DNA of 64,000 bases from Chloroflexota bacterium (GCA_021814145.1 JAKAIY010000002.1:1739-65738); one strand, 5' to 3'. Counted from the stretch's first letter, positions 45,865-55,821 are shown. Numbers and translations are program-made. Notes: a model not told the origin generated them from the sequence alone.

Positions 45865-46095
45865 AGAAAACACACTACGCCGCCCATCGCAAAGGACGAG
45901 CGGCGTAGGCCTCGTGGCGCCACCTTTGTTCATCGCCGCACATTTTCCATCGAGAACGCGCGGCGACCTCATTAGCCCCGTTAACGCCGGGAAGTCACGT
46001 CCCATCTTGACGCTGAAGCGCGCTCCAGCGGTTGAATGGGAGGCAGACGAGGGGATACCCACCAATCGGGCGCCGCGTCGCATCATCCCGCGGCT
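45865..46095 (-). promoter_or_regulatory. T-box riboswitch leader of serS
   Basis: Elements read on the minus strand:
- T-box sequence AACAAAGGUGGCGCCACGAG (45930-45911)
- antiterminator CAAAGG, a 7-nt bulge UGGCGCC, ACGAG, loop, CUCGU, CCUUUG (45928-45890)
- mutually exclusive terminator CUACGCCGC...GCGGCGUAG followed by UGUGUUUUCU (45908-45865)
- Stem III CGCCGC/GCGGCG (45965-45934)
- an F-box-like GCGUUA (45987-45982)
- a GAUGAUG K-turn-like element (46087-46081). Confidence 0.75.
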
Positions 46096-46496
46096 TTCTG
46101 TGAGTTCCGGCTGGCTGGCGTGTCTCGCGTAGCGCCTGTGTATCGCTCTACTGTTTCCGCGCGCGTCGTCTGCCACAATTGGCGTCGCGATGTCGCGCTT
46201 CAGCGCTATCGTAGCCAGCGCAAGCCTCGCTTGTCAAGCGCCAAGCGGCCATTATACGCAACGCGCTTGCCGGGCGCCATCACACGCCGATACAATAAAA
46301 GAAAGCAATAAGGCTGGCTCTTCATGCGCGCCCGGCGATGATCAAACCCAGGCTCCGTTTCGCCCCAGAGCGCATGTGACGCTGGTGACGAAGGTGCGCG
46401 CCTCATGACGCGCCAGGCTGCCTCAAACAGATGGTCTCACGCTGACCTCGTATATACGTTGGGGCGGCGCTCATAGAAAGCAACACATCTTTTCGC

Positions 46497-47813
46497 ATGC
46501 CAGAATCCGCCGCGCGCATGCGCTCGCCCCGGGAAGCGCAATCTGATGAGCCGCTCGCGACACTGCGGCCTGCCAATGATTGGCGCAAACTGCTCCTCCT
46601 CTTTACGCTTGCTGGTGTTGTCGAATCACAGGCGTTCGGCCACCTCAGCGCATTCCGTCCGCTCTTTCTTCAGCAACTCGGCGTGCCCGTGGCCCAGATT
46701 CCATTCTGGACCGGTCTGCTTGCCTCATTAGGCTTTGTGATCGGGCTTCCACTACTCCCATTTTGGGGAGTTTGGGCAGACCGCTTCAGCCGGAAGCTCA
46801 TTATCGTCCGCAGCGCGTACATTGAGGGCGTGCTTTTCGCGCTGGCGGCCCTTAGCCCGAACGTCTGGGCGCTGGCAGGCGCGCAATTGCTTGTCGGCTT
46901 TGTTTACGGCAACACAGGCGTCATGCTTGCCATGCTAGCGGACGTCACGCCACGTAGGCGATTGGGGCTGGCAGTCGGCCTCGCCAGCGCGGGATTTCCC
47001 ATTAGCTCATCGGTTGGCCCGTTGATCGGCGGCTATGTCGCCCAGACACTTGGTATTCGCGTGTTGCTCTTTAGTGATGGCGTCGCATCGGCGCTCATCG
47101 GTTTGCTCCTTACGTTCACAATCTATGAGGGACGCCACCGCGCAATCAGCGAGGTGACTGTGATGGCCACACTTCGACAGGCCACACGCGACATTCTCGC
47201 TTCGCGGCTGGTGGTCAGCGTATTCGGGCTGTACTTCTTCTCAGTCTTCAGCGTCTCGCTCTACACCCAGTTCATCCCCATCCTCATCCAGAGGCTCTCC
47301 ACAGGCCCCAGCGCGCATCTGCCCTCCCTGATTGGGAACACACTCGCCGCAACCGGCATCGCGATGGCGATCACTACACCGCTCTGGGGACGGCTGGGGG
47401 ATGCGGTGGGGAGATGGCGCACGCTGCCCATCATTCTCGGCGCGCTCACACTGGGCGTCACTGCCGCAAGCCTGGCTCCGACACTGCAGCCGCTCCAGAC
47501 CGCCATCGTCTGGAATGGTCTCTTTCAGGGCGGTCTTGGCGCGACAGTGGTAGCGCTGCTGGCGGTACTGGCTCCAGAGGAGCGGCGCGCCTCCATTCTC
47601 ACCTTTTCGCTGCTGCCCTCACAAGTCTCATGGTTCCTCGGGCCGCTGCTGGGTGGAGCGCTCGCCAGCGTTAGTTTGCGCGCGCCGTTCTATGCGGGGA
47701 TCATCTTCCAGGTCTCCGCGCTCGCGCTGGCGTTCATTCTGGCAGGGCGTGTGCGCCAGGCGCAAGTGGCGTCCGAACACCACGGGCCAGCGCCACAGTC
47801 GCTCGCGCGCTAG
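46497..47813 (+). CDS. MFS transporter
   Basis: 438 aa with about 12 hydrophobic helices and an MFS loop motif GVWADRFSRK between TM2 and TM3. Confidence 0.8.
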   Translation: MPESAARMRSPREAQSDEPLATLRPANDWRKLLLLFTLAGVVESQAFGHLSAFRPLFLQQLGVPVAQIPFWTGLLASLGFVIGLPLLPFWGVWADRFSRKLIIVRSAYIEGVLFALAALSPNVWALAGAQLLVGFVYGNTGVMLAMLADVTPRRRLGLAVGLASAGFPISSSVGPLIGGYVAQTLGIRVLLFSDGVASALIGLLLTFTIYEGRHRAISEVTVMATLRQATRDILASRLVVSVFGLYFFSVFSVSLYTQFIPILIQRLSTGPSAHLPSLIGNTLAATGIAMAITTPLWGRLGDAVGRWRTLPIILGALTLGVTAASLAPTLQPLQTAIVWNGLFQGGLGATVVALLAVLAPEERRASILTFSLLPSQVSWFLGPLLGGALASVSLRAPFYAGIIFQVSALALAFILAGRVRQAQVASEHHGPAPQSLAR

Positions 47814-47985
47814 CGAGCCGGCTCCACTGGGAGCCAGCCCGCCCCAGACAATGGGGACAACTCGCCAGGCCTCTCCACACAACAAATCGGATGCGCATGC
47901 GTCATCACCAGATGAAAATGCGCACTCTTGTATGAAACGGCATATCGCGCTTTAATGACTGTCTCCTGAAGGCCAAGGGCGCCCA

Positions 47986-48630
47986 TCAAGAGAACCAGAT
48001 CACCGCCAGGATAATAGTGATGATAGCGATAAGCACGCTGGCGCCAAGGAAGAGGGTGCCGATGGTAATGCGCGCGCTGCGCGACAGGCCACCCGCCGTC
48101 TGTGGCGATCCAGCGCCGCTGCCATAGGGGGACACATAGGAGCGCGCGTATGGGTCGTTCATGTAGGGGTTGCGCGCGGCGGCCATCGCTGGAGGCTCCG
48201 GCAGCGCCTCTGTATAGGCGTCCGCATCCTCCTCACTCCAGGTAGCGGGCCCTACCTGATAGCGACCTGGACCTGGCTGAGAGTTTGAGCGGCCAGGCGC
48301 GGAAGCGATGGGAGATCCGCACTGCCCGCAAAACACCTCTGATCCCATGATCCGCGCGCCACATACCCCACAGTATTGCGGGGGGCCACTCGTGGCGGGC
48401 GCGGAACGCGGCGCGCGCGAGCCAGGAGTGGCTGCGGTCACGCCGCCAGTCGCTCCTTGATAGCCGCTGGTATGCGGATACATGGCCGCCTGAGCGGATG
48501 GCATAACCGTTTCAGCGGGCTGGGTCTCCCCTAGCGAGGGAGTTTCCTCGACTGGCGCCTGCCAGCCGCAATTCCGGCATACCCCATGTACATTGAGCGC
48601 GTCAGCGCCGCATCGCTCACATCTGCCCAC
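47986..48630 (-). CDS. Double zinc-ribbon protein with a C-terminal TM anchor
   Basis: Two CxxC pairs (CERCG..CRNCG and CGVCG..CGQCG), a Pro/Gly/Ser/Tyr-rich linker and a C-terminal helix. Confidence 0.55.
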   Translation of the reverse strand: MGRCERCGADALNVHGVCRNCGWQAPVEETPSLGETQPAETVMPSAQAAMYPHTSGYQGATGGVTAATPGSRAPRSAPATSGPPQYCGVCGARIMGSEVFCGQCGSPIASAPGRSNSQPGPGRYQVGPATWSEEDADAYTEALPEPPAMAAARNPYMNDPYARSYVSPYGSGAGSPQTAGGLSRSARITIGTLFLGASVLIAIITIILAVIWFS

Positions 48631-48832
48631 TGAGCATCGCCTCCACGCGTTGGCAGCAGGGCGCGGTTCCCATCCGCCGCGCCTCGTCGTCAGTATAGCG
48701 CCCCGGCGCCACTACCGCAACCGCGCAACGCGGCGGGTAGCTATTTGTTCCCCTTCAGATGCGCAGAAGCGCCCCGGCTTCCCTGCTCGGGGAGGGCGCT
48801 TCAGGTTCATGATCTGACATCATCGCAGGTCG

Positions 48833-50143
48833 CTAGCGCGACTCCACTACCGGAGCAGCCAGCACGGGAACTGGCTGCTCTGCGGGCTTGGCGCTGGGCG
48901 CGCGCTTTTTTAGCCAGCGCGGCAGCTTGCCTGTTGGCGAGACTCTTATCAGCCGCCGGAACGAGAAGACAATAATCAACATCAATGCCCAGTTCACCAC
49001 CGCTGAAACCGCAATCTGGTTGACCAGCCCGATAGGCAGCAGGAGCAACATACCGGTGAGCACAATATTCACCAGAGTCAGCGGCATCAGGAAGAGCCAT
49101 GCGTAGCGCATCAACTGATCGGCGCGCAGCCGGGGCAGTGTCGCGCGGATCCACATAAAGATCAGCAACAGCACGCTCATCTTCGCGATGAACCAGAAGG
49201 CGGCGATCACATTGAATACCACTCCAGCGATAAACCCGCCCACGCCTGTCACGCCGAAAACGCCCTGCCAGACGTCAAGCGCCGCGCCCGGCCCAGACCA
49301 GCCGCCGAGGAATAGCGTTGTCGCGACCGCCGAGACAATCGTCATGTTTCCATATTCGCCCAGGAAGAACATCGCCCAGCGCAAGCCGCTATACTCTGTC
49401 AGATACCCTGCCACCAGTTCTGACTCAGCCTCTGGCAAGTCAAACGGCGAGCGATTGGTCTCCGCGAGCCCACAGATGTAATAAATCACCAGGCCAAGCG
49501 GCTGCGCGAGCACAAACCAGAACCACGGCGCGCTTGGCTGCATCTGCGCTGAGACAATCTGCGAGAACGAGATCGAGCCAATGCCGCAAGTCGTTAGATC
49601 CGCGTTAGCCCCAGAGCAAGTGGGCGCAAGCACACTCGTCAGCATGACCACGCCAACAATCGAGAGCACTAGAGGCAGCTCGTACGAGATCATCTGCGCC
49701 GCTGAGCGCAGGCCGCCAATCAGCGCATACTTGTTGTTCGAGCCCCAGCCCGCCATGAAGACGCCGATCACGTCAATGGAGCTAAGCGCCACGTAGTAGA
49801 TGATGCCTGTCCCCAGCGCCGCAGCCGTGAGATAGGGTGAAAACGGCAGCACGACGAACGCTGTGATAACCGGCGCGAAGAAGATCACCGGCGCCATCTT
49901 AAAGACTATGCTGTCAACCTGCGCCAGTCCACGGATATCTTCTTTCAGCAGCAGCTTGACGACATCGAATGGTGACTGGAGCAGGCCTGCGGGCCCATAA
50001 TGCAGCGGCCCGTGACGATCCTGCATGAAAGCCTGAACCTTGCGCTCCAGGTAGGTGAGGATTGTGGCCGCCACCATCAGGAAGCCAAGCGAGAACAGGA
50101 ACGTCACCAGAAAGTGGATGATGTTCAGGACGGTTTCGTTCAT
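48833..50143 (-). CDS. nuoH: NADH-quinone oxidoreductase subunit H
   Basis: Carries YLERKVQAFMQDRHGP, GLLQSPFDVVKLLLKED and GWGSNNKYALIGGLRSAAQMISYE. At 436 aa it is longer than usual, with an internal insertion and a basic C-terminal tail. Confidence 0.9.
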   Translation of the reverse strand: MNETVLNIIHFLVTFLFSLGFLMVAATILTYLERKVQAFMQDRHGPLHYGPAGLLQSPFDVVKLLLKEDIRGLAQVDSIVFKMAPVIFFAPVITAFVVLPFSPYLTAAALGTGIIYYVALSSIDVIGVFMAGWGSNNKYALIGGLRSAAQMISYELPLVLSIVGVVMLTSVLAPTCSGANADLTTCGIGSISFSQIVSAQMQPSAPWFWFVLAQPLGLVIYYICGLAETNRSPFDLPEAESELVAGYLTEYSGLRWAMFFLGEYGNMTIVSAVATTLFLGGWSGPGAALDVWQGVFGVTGVGGFIAGVVFNVIAAFWFIAKMSVLLLIFMWIRATLPRLRADQLMRYAWLFLMPLTLVNIVLTGMLLLLPIGLVNQIAVSAVVNWALMLIIVFSFRRLIRVSPTGKLPRWLKKRAPSAKPAEQPVPVLAAPVVESR

Positions 50144-50165
50144 GAATACTGCTCGCCTTCAGCCT

Positions 50166-51317
50166 TTAGCGGTCCGCATCGCCGAGAGTAATATCAATGC
50201 TGCCCAGGATCGCGATCACGTCACCGATCTTGTGCCCGCGCAGCAATTCTGGCAGAATCTGTAGATTGACAAACGATGGCCCGCGCAGCTTCGCCCGGTA
50301 GGGATACTCGGAGCCGTCGCTAATCATATAGACGCTCTCCTCACCGCGCGCGCTCTCCACAGCCGCATAGGTTTCCCCACGAGGTGGGCGCAGCGCAATG
50401 GGTGTCCGCTGGCAGATAGACCCACCAGGCAACTGATCCAGCGCCGTGCGGATCAAGCGCACGCTTTCAGCCATCTCGTCCATTTTGACCTTATAGCGTG
50501 CGAAACAGTCGCCTTCTTGCCGGACCTGGGGGATCACAGCGATCTCCCGGTATGCGTCGTACGGACGGTCCGCGCGCACATCGAAGGAAACGCCAGATCC
50601 ACGCGCCACCGGCCCGGTCAGCGCATAGGCGATGGCCTGATCACGGTCAATGTAGCCGACACCTTCCGTGCGCGCCTCGAAGATCTCGTTGCCTGTCAAC
50701 AAGCTGTCCAGCTCTTTCAGGCCCCTCTCGATGAACTGCTCGCACCACGCTTCGCAGGTCTGGATCCATCCCTTGGGGAAGTCATGCATCACACCGCCGA
50801 CGCGCAAATAGTTGTGCGTGAAGCGGTGCCCGCTAAGGGCCTCGAACATATCGAGGATCTGCTCGCGGTCACGGAATGCCCAGAGGACGGGTGTCGTCGC
50901 CCCCAGATCCAGGCCGTAGGTGCCAATAGCCACCAGGTGACTGGCGATGCGCTCCAACTCATCAACGATCAGCCGGATATACTGCGCCCGGCGCGGCGGC
51001 TCGATGCCCATCAGTTGCTCTATCGCCATCGCATAGAGCGTCTCGTTGAGCATCGGGCTGAGGTAATCGGCGTTATCTATATAACGGATGCCGCCCATAT
51101 ATGGGCGGTTCTCAAAGATCTTCTCCATCCCCCGGTGCAGGTATCCAATCACCGGAGTGCACTGGATCACCGTTTCGCCGTCAAGCGTCAGCACAAGGCG
51201 CAGCACGCCATGGGTCGAGGGGTGCTGCGGCCCCATGTTGAGGATCATTTCCTCGCTACGCAGACCGGAGGCGTCTTCATACCGCGCGTTGGACAGCGAA
51301 ATCGCGTCTGTGGACAT
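50166..51317 (-). CDS. nuoD: NADH-quinone oxidoreductase subunit D
   Basis: Carries MILNMGPQHPSTHGVLRL, GYLHRGMEKI and a C-terminal DIVLGDxDR-type ending ITLGDADR. The internal ATG at 51317 was chosen; the ORF-track start overlaps nuoC. Confidence 0.9.
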   Translation of the reverse strand: MSTDAISLSNARYEDASGLRSEEMILNMGPQHPSTHGVLRLVLTLDGETVIQCTPVIGYLHRGMEKIFENRPYMGGIRYIDNADYLSPMLNETLYAMAIEQLMGIEPPRRAQYIRLIVDELERIASHLVAIGTYGLDLGATTPVLWAFRDREQILDMFEALSGHRFTHNYLRVGGVMHDFPKGWIQTCEAWCEQFIERGLKELDSLLTGNEIFEARTEGVGYIDRDQAIAYALTGPVARGSGVSFDVRADRPYDAYREIAVIPQVRQEGDCFARYKVKMDEMAESVRLIRTALDQLPGGSICQRTPIALRPPRGETYAAVESARGEESVYMISDGSEYPYRAKLRGPSFVNLQILPELLRGHKIGDVIAILGSIDITLGDADR

Positions 51318-51339
51318 GCTGGCTCCCCTTCCTGCGTCG

Positions 51340-52137
51340 CTACTTGGTTGGCTCCTGTGCGGACTCGTTCTCCGTGTCCTCTCCCGAACGCTCACTGAGA
51401 TACCGACCCGGCTTGCGCGCGGTTTGCGGCTCCACACCCTGGCCTGTTTCCAGATAGACCGCCGCCCCGCCAAAAGTCGTCATTCCGGGATGAATGCGTT
51501 CGAGCGCGCCCTGTCCCAGACGCTTCGTTTGCACACGCTCCTGATGACGGATATTCTCGCCCGAGATCGCATGTACCGCTGGCGCCTGAGTCGTCGCGGG
51601 ATCATGGCGAACCATCGGTGTTGTGCGGAAACTCTTCAACAACGGATGGCCCACAAACTCATCTTCCAGAAGGATGCGCCGCAAATCAGGGTGCCCGCGA
51701 TAGACGACACCCACCATATCGTATTGTTCGCGTTCCAGCCAGTTCGCCGATGGATACAGACTCACCAGCGAATCCACTTCTGGATGTTCGCTGGTCAGCC
51801 GCACACGAACCTGGAGCAGCCAGTTATTGGACAGCGAGCGGAAATGGTAAATAGACTGGATGTGGTCCACCATATCCACCGCCGTCACACAGGTGAGCAT
51901 CTCGAATCCCGCCACGTCCCGCAAAATCCGGGCCGTTTCCAGCAATTTTTCGGGGGGAACCTCTACACTGACCATGCCTTTAGCCAGGCGGTTCTTGGGC
52001 AGCGTTATGCCAAGGCTCTGGTCAATCGCGCCCAACTGGCTCAGCAGCGCGTTGATATGGTCGCGGTCATACGCGATCAGCGAAGGAGCGCCTGCGCGCG
52101 ACACCGGCTGTGAGCCATCACGTACGCTCAAATCCAC
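51340..52137 (-). CDS. nuoC: NADH-quinone oxidoreductase subunit C (with C-terminal extension)
   Basis: Contains SLYPSANWLEREQYDMVGVVYRGHPDLRRILL, the NuoC core. There are about 90 extra C-terminal residues without Cys motifs. Confidence 0.85.
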   Translation of the reverse strand: MDLSVRDGSQPVSRAGAPSLIAYDRDHINALLSQLGAIDQSLGITLPKNRLAKGMVSVEVPPEKLLETARILRDVAGFEMLTCVTAVDMVDHIQSIYHFRSLSNNWLLQVRVRLTSEHPEVDSLVSLYPSANWLEREQYDMVGVVYRGHPDLRRILLEDEFVGHPLLKSFRTTPMVRHDPATTQAPAVHAISGENIRHQERVQTKRLGQGALERIHPGMTTFGGAAVYLETGQGVEPQTARKPGRYLSERSGEDTENESAQEPTK

Positions 52138-52499
52138 CGGATGACTCCTTTCCGCCAGGCGTAGACCAGACCAATGGCCAGCACCCCAATGAAGAAAACG
52201 ATCTCAATGAAGCCGAACCAGCTCAGTTGATGGAAGATCACCGCCCACGACAGGATGAACACAATATCCACATCGAACGCGACGAAGAGAAGCGCGAAGA
52301 TATAGAACGCTAGCGGATATTGCACCCACGCCGAGCCAATTGGCGTCTCGCCCGACTCATACGTGATGAGTTTGCTCGCGTCTTTTCGCTTGCGCAGGAA
52401 CAGGTTGTTTAGCAGATCGGCGACGAAAAGACCAAAGAGCACGAACCCGCACCCGCCGAGGAAGAAAATGGCGGCGTAAAGATAGCCTAGCGCATTCAC
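52128..52499 (-). CDS. nuoA: NADH-quinone oxidoreductase subunit A
   Basis: 123 aa with three helices. Contains YESGETPIG and FYIFALLFVAFDVDIVF, the NuoA motifs. Confidence 0.85.
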   Translation of the reverse strand: MNALGYLYAAIFFLGGCGFVLFGLFVADLLNNLFLRKRKDASKLITYESGETPIGSAWVQYPLAFYIFALLFVAFDVDIVFILSWAVIFHQLSWFGFIEIVFFIGVLAIGLVYAWRKGVIRWI

Positions 52500-52814
52500 G
52501 AGCGCCTCCTGGGGATTTGTGAGGTTATCCCGGATGGCCGCGCCTGAGCGCCGCGCAGTTGTTATGCGAGCGGGAGGCCTCGCAGCGCTCTCAGCTCCAC
52601 ATCATTGCGCTGACGGCAAGACCGTGTCGCCACGCATGGTGGCATATACGGAAGCGCGCCATCTCACATTATAGCATAGCGACCCCAACCGAACAACCGC
52701 GAGTGGCCGGTGAAATCAGACCCCAAGGGGCTTGAGCGCGTGATAGACTATGACTAGTCTGAGTCCGAGGTTATGGCCGCCGCGACTCCACTCAAGCCGA
52801 AAAGAGAGGACACC

Positions 52815-53489
52815 ATGCCGCGCTCGTCTACAATTCGCTACACCTGTGAGTGCGGGACGGAGTTTACCAGCCCTATCTACCAGACGGTGAACGTAACCCT
52901 CGAGCCACATCTGCTATACCAGTTGCTCGCGGGCTTGCTTAACATCGCCATTTGCCCTAACTGTGGGCGCAAAACAGCGGCTGCGCTGCCATTTGTCTAC
53001 CACGACATGACTCGCGGGCTGTTCGCCTATGTCCATCCGGAAGCTGACGCTGATGAGGAACTGCGCGAGCGCCTGCTGGAACGCCTGCGCGCGATCTACG
53101 ATGAAGCGGTAGCCGAATCAGAACGCATACTGGATCAGCGCCAGCGCGCCTCAAGCGCAAGCGCGACGCCACAGCCCAGGCTTCGCCACCACACACCCGG
53201 CGGCGAACTGGCTGCGCGTCTGGAGCCCGATACCCCGCCCATGCAGGTCATTTTTGGCGTGGAAAACCTCATCGCTCTGGTGGATTCCCTGCTTGAGCCC
53301 GATGAGCGCCTCGGGCGCGCCGCGCTCTCCGCCAGGGGAACGGAGCCCGTCGCGCGTGAACGCATCCTGACCCTCGCGCGCGCCCTCGCGGAGCGGCTTG
53401 ATCTTCAAATAGAAACCGAAGGCGTAGGTCAGGACTTCACTATCTGGCTCTATGGGCCGCGCAGCCGGGTCAGCCTGCTCAATCAGTGA
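52815..53489 (+). CDS. CpXC-domain protein
   Basis: YTCECGTEF....ICPNCGRK Cys pairs with the spacing recalled for the CpXC domain. The internal ATG at 52815 was chosen. Confidence 0.55.
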   Translation: MPRSSTIRYTCECGTEFTSPIYQTVNVTLEPHLLYQLLAGLLNIAICPNCGRKTAAALPFVYHDMTRGLFAYVHPEADADEELRERLLERLRAIYDEAVAESERILDQRQRASSASATPQPRLRHHTPGGELAARLEPDTPPMQVIFGVENLIALVDSLLEPDERLGRAALSARGTEPVARERILTLARALAERLDLQIETEGVGQDFTIWLYGPRSRVSLLNQ

Positions 53490-53529
53490 CCAGATGGGAG
53501 TGACCCAAACCGCGACACTGCCCCGCCTC

Positions 53530-54855
53530 TTATGCTGGAATATCCTGGATTAGCAGCGGTATCAGCTTCTCCGCGTTCGGCGTTCCCAGTCCGGTCACCG
53601 CGTCCCATCCGGGCCCCGCTTGGTATCCTTGCACATTGACGCCTCCGCCACTGAACGAGTTATCGCCCGATGTCACGTCACGGAACGCGCTGTCATACTG
53701 GGACGAGCCCGCGACCTCGTAGAGCGCTGGATTGATATAGCCGAGCGGCCTACCCGCAATCTGGTTTGCGATGGCCATCACCCCTGCCCAGAATGGAGAT
53801 CCCGCGCTCGTACCTCCAGCCAGCGTCCACTGCCCCGCGATATAGATCGCCAGCCCTGTGGTCGGATCCGCCGCCGCCGCGACATCTGGCACACCACGCC
53901 GCCCATTCAGTTGGCTTTGCGCGCTCGCCGGCAATCCCTGCTGGAATGGTGGCGTCGCATAGAAGCGGCTGAAACCACCGCCACTCGCGCCGCCCTGACT
54001 GTTCCAAGCGACTTCCTGATACGAGCCGCCGGCGTCAGTCAGCGTCGTGCCGCCTACTGACGTTACCCAGGGGTTATCGCCAGGAAAGCTTGTCGTAGGG
54101 GTTGAAGAATAGGAGCTCAGCGAGGCGTCAACATAGTCTGTCGCGCCATTATCACCAGAGCTACCAAAAAATGTAATGTGGTCCTGTGTCGTCGCTTGCT
54201 GGAAGAACGTGTTCCACTGGGCGATCTCAGCCTGCCCGGCGGCGTCATTCAGTGACACCTCTGACGCGGCCCAACTCTGTGAGACGATCGTGCCGAGATG
54301 ATGAGTCACGGCATACTGCTCAAGCTGGAGGAACTGGGGAAGTCCCGCCACTCCCTCCGTCTCATCCACAGGGCTGGTCAGCACGACGATGCTCGCTTCC
54401 GGCGCCACCGCATGGACCATCTCCACATCCAGAGTTGTCTCGCCTTGCCAGCCTCTCATCTCCTTATCGCCTGGATTAAACGGGACACTTCCGAGCGGGG
54501 CCAGCGTCTGGAGCTTGACCGGCGGTAATCCGTATTGCTGGTCGAACACTGCGACATCCTGCCGAAGAGTTGGGCTGCCATACGAATCAATGATGACAAC
54601 CGTTTGCCCCTGCCCCCGATACCCCTTGTTATAGAGCGGCGTAACGCCATAAGCGTCGCGAATCTGTTGCGGGGTATACGCCGTGCCATACCCCACATTA
54701 GGAGCCGTCTCTGTTCCTTGCGCGTTGGGTGTGCTCGTGATCACGGTCGGCGCGTTTCCCGTCGAGATTGAACACGCGGCAAGCGCGCTCATCATAATCC
54801 CCAGCGCGAGCGCCGCCCGCGCCCACCTCGCCATCTTCAGCGGCAGGTTTGACAT
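53530..54855 (-). CDS. Secreted S53-family (sedolisin/kumamolisin-like) serine peptidase, probable lipoprotein
   Basis: GETTLDVEMVHAVAP (Glu/Asp), SSGDNG and GGTSAGSPFWAG (Ser) match the S53 motifs. There is a signal peptide with lipobox LAAC. ATG 54855 has GAGGTAA upstream. Confidence 0.75.
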   Translation of the reverse strand: MSNLPLKMARWARAALALGIMMSALAACSISTGNAPTVITSTPNAQGTETAPNVGYGTAYTPQQIRDAYGVTPLYNKGYRGQGQTVVIIDSYGSPTLRQDVAVFDQQYGLPPVKLQTLAPLGSVPFNPGDKEMRGWQGETTLDVEMVHAVAPEASIVVLTSPVDETEGVAGLPQFLQLEQYAVTHHLGTIVSQSWAASEVSLNDAAGQAEIAQWNTFFQQATTQDHITFFGSSGDNGATDYVDASLSSYSSTPTTSFPGDNPWVTSVGGTTLTDAGGSYQEVAWNSQGGASGGGFSRFYATPPFQQGLPASAQSQLNGRRGVPDVAAAADPTTGLAIYIAGQWTLAGGTSAGSPFWAGVMAIANQIAGRPLGYINPALYEVAGSSQYDSAFRDVTSGDNSFSGGGVNVQGYQAGPGWDAVTGLGTPNAEKLIPLLIQDIPA

Positions 54856-55053
54856 CCCGATTACCTCACTCCTCGCACACCGTTGCGCCAGCGGCGGCCT
54901 CTGGGCGCTCATCAACGCGTGGACCTCAATATTTCCACCCGGACTTGCCGCGCGCGGCGGCAGGCTGATATGCTGCCAGCGCCGCGGAACGTCGCGCCCC
55001 GGCTGTCACATCCACCAGATTTTACGCACAACCTTACAAGGCAGGTGTTAACA

Positions 55054-55821
55054 ATGGCGTCTCAGCCGCCCACCAATCCTACCACTCCAGCCGCCAGCGC
55101 CCTCGGGGATACTACCCCTCCGCGTGTGATGGCGATCTTTGCGCATCCTGACGATGTCGAATTCATCTGCTCTGGAACCATCGCCCGCTTTGTCACGAGC
55201 GGCTATCGTGTCCAGTACGTGCTCGCGACAAGCGGCGACAAGGGCAGTGATGACCCTGCCGCCACACCTGAATATCTGGTCGCCACCCGCGAGGCCGAAC
55301 AGCTCGCCGCCGCCAGGATTCTCGGTGTCGAAGAGGTCACATTCCTGCGTCATCACGACGGCGAGGTCGAAGTGAGCATACCTTTCCGCCGTGAGCTGGC
55401 GAAGGTCATCCGCGAGGGTCGCCCCGATATCGTTTTGACTTTCGACCCGTGGCAGCGTTACCAGATTCACCCCGACCATCGCGCCGTTGGCCAGACAGCG
55501 CTCGACGCCGTGGCTGCCGCTCGCGACCATATGTACTACCCCGATCAGCTCACCGACGGTCTGAGTGAACATCGCGTCCACAACGTCTACTTCTTCGCCA
55601 CCGACAACCCGAACTATTATGTGGACATCACCGCGCACATGGAAACAAAGCTCGCCGCTGTGCGGGCGCACACCAGTCAGGTCAAGAGCGAGGCGACGCT
55701 GGAATGGATACGCGCCCGCGCGCGAGCCGCTGGACAGGAAATCGGCGTCGAGTACGCCGAAGCCTTTCACTACCTGCCCATGATGCGCCCACCCGCGCTC
55801 AAGCGCCTGCCCAACTGGTAG
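55054..55821 (+). CDS. PIG-L (LmbE-like) family deacetylase
   Basis: Carries MAIFAHPDDVEF and HPDH motifs. The internal ATG at 55054 was chosen. Confidence 0.8.
   Translation: MASQPPTNPTTPAASALGDTTPPRVMAIFAHPDDVEFICSGTIARFVTSGYRVQYVLATSGDKGSDDPAATPEYLVATREAEQLAAARILGVEEVTFLRHHDGEVEVSIPFRRELAKVIREGRPDIVLTFDPWQRYQIHPDHRAVGQTALDAVAAARDHMYYPDQLTDGLSEHRVHNVYFFATDNPNYYVDITAHMETKLAAVRAHTSQVKSEATLEWIRARARAAGQEIGVEYAEAFHYLPMMRPPALKRLPNW

Noticed and set aside
46051-46070. A second T-box-like string GGUGGGUAUCCCC on the minus strand, upstream of the assigned T-box.
   Set aside because: It is not followed by a terminator/antiterminator pair and lies where Stem I should be. The downstream site at 45930-45911 satisfies all structural requirements.
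50517-52113. Two long plus-strand ORFs (293 aa and 341 aa) overlapping nuoD and nuoC.
   Set aside because: The opposite strand encodes unmistakable NuoD and NuoC sequences. The plus-strand products have no motifs and show low-complexity composition.
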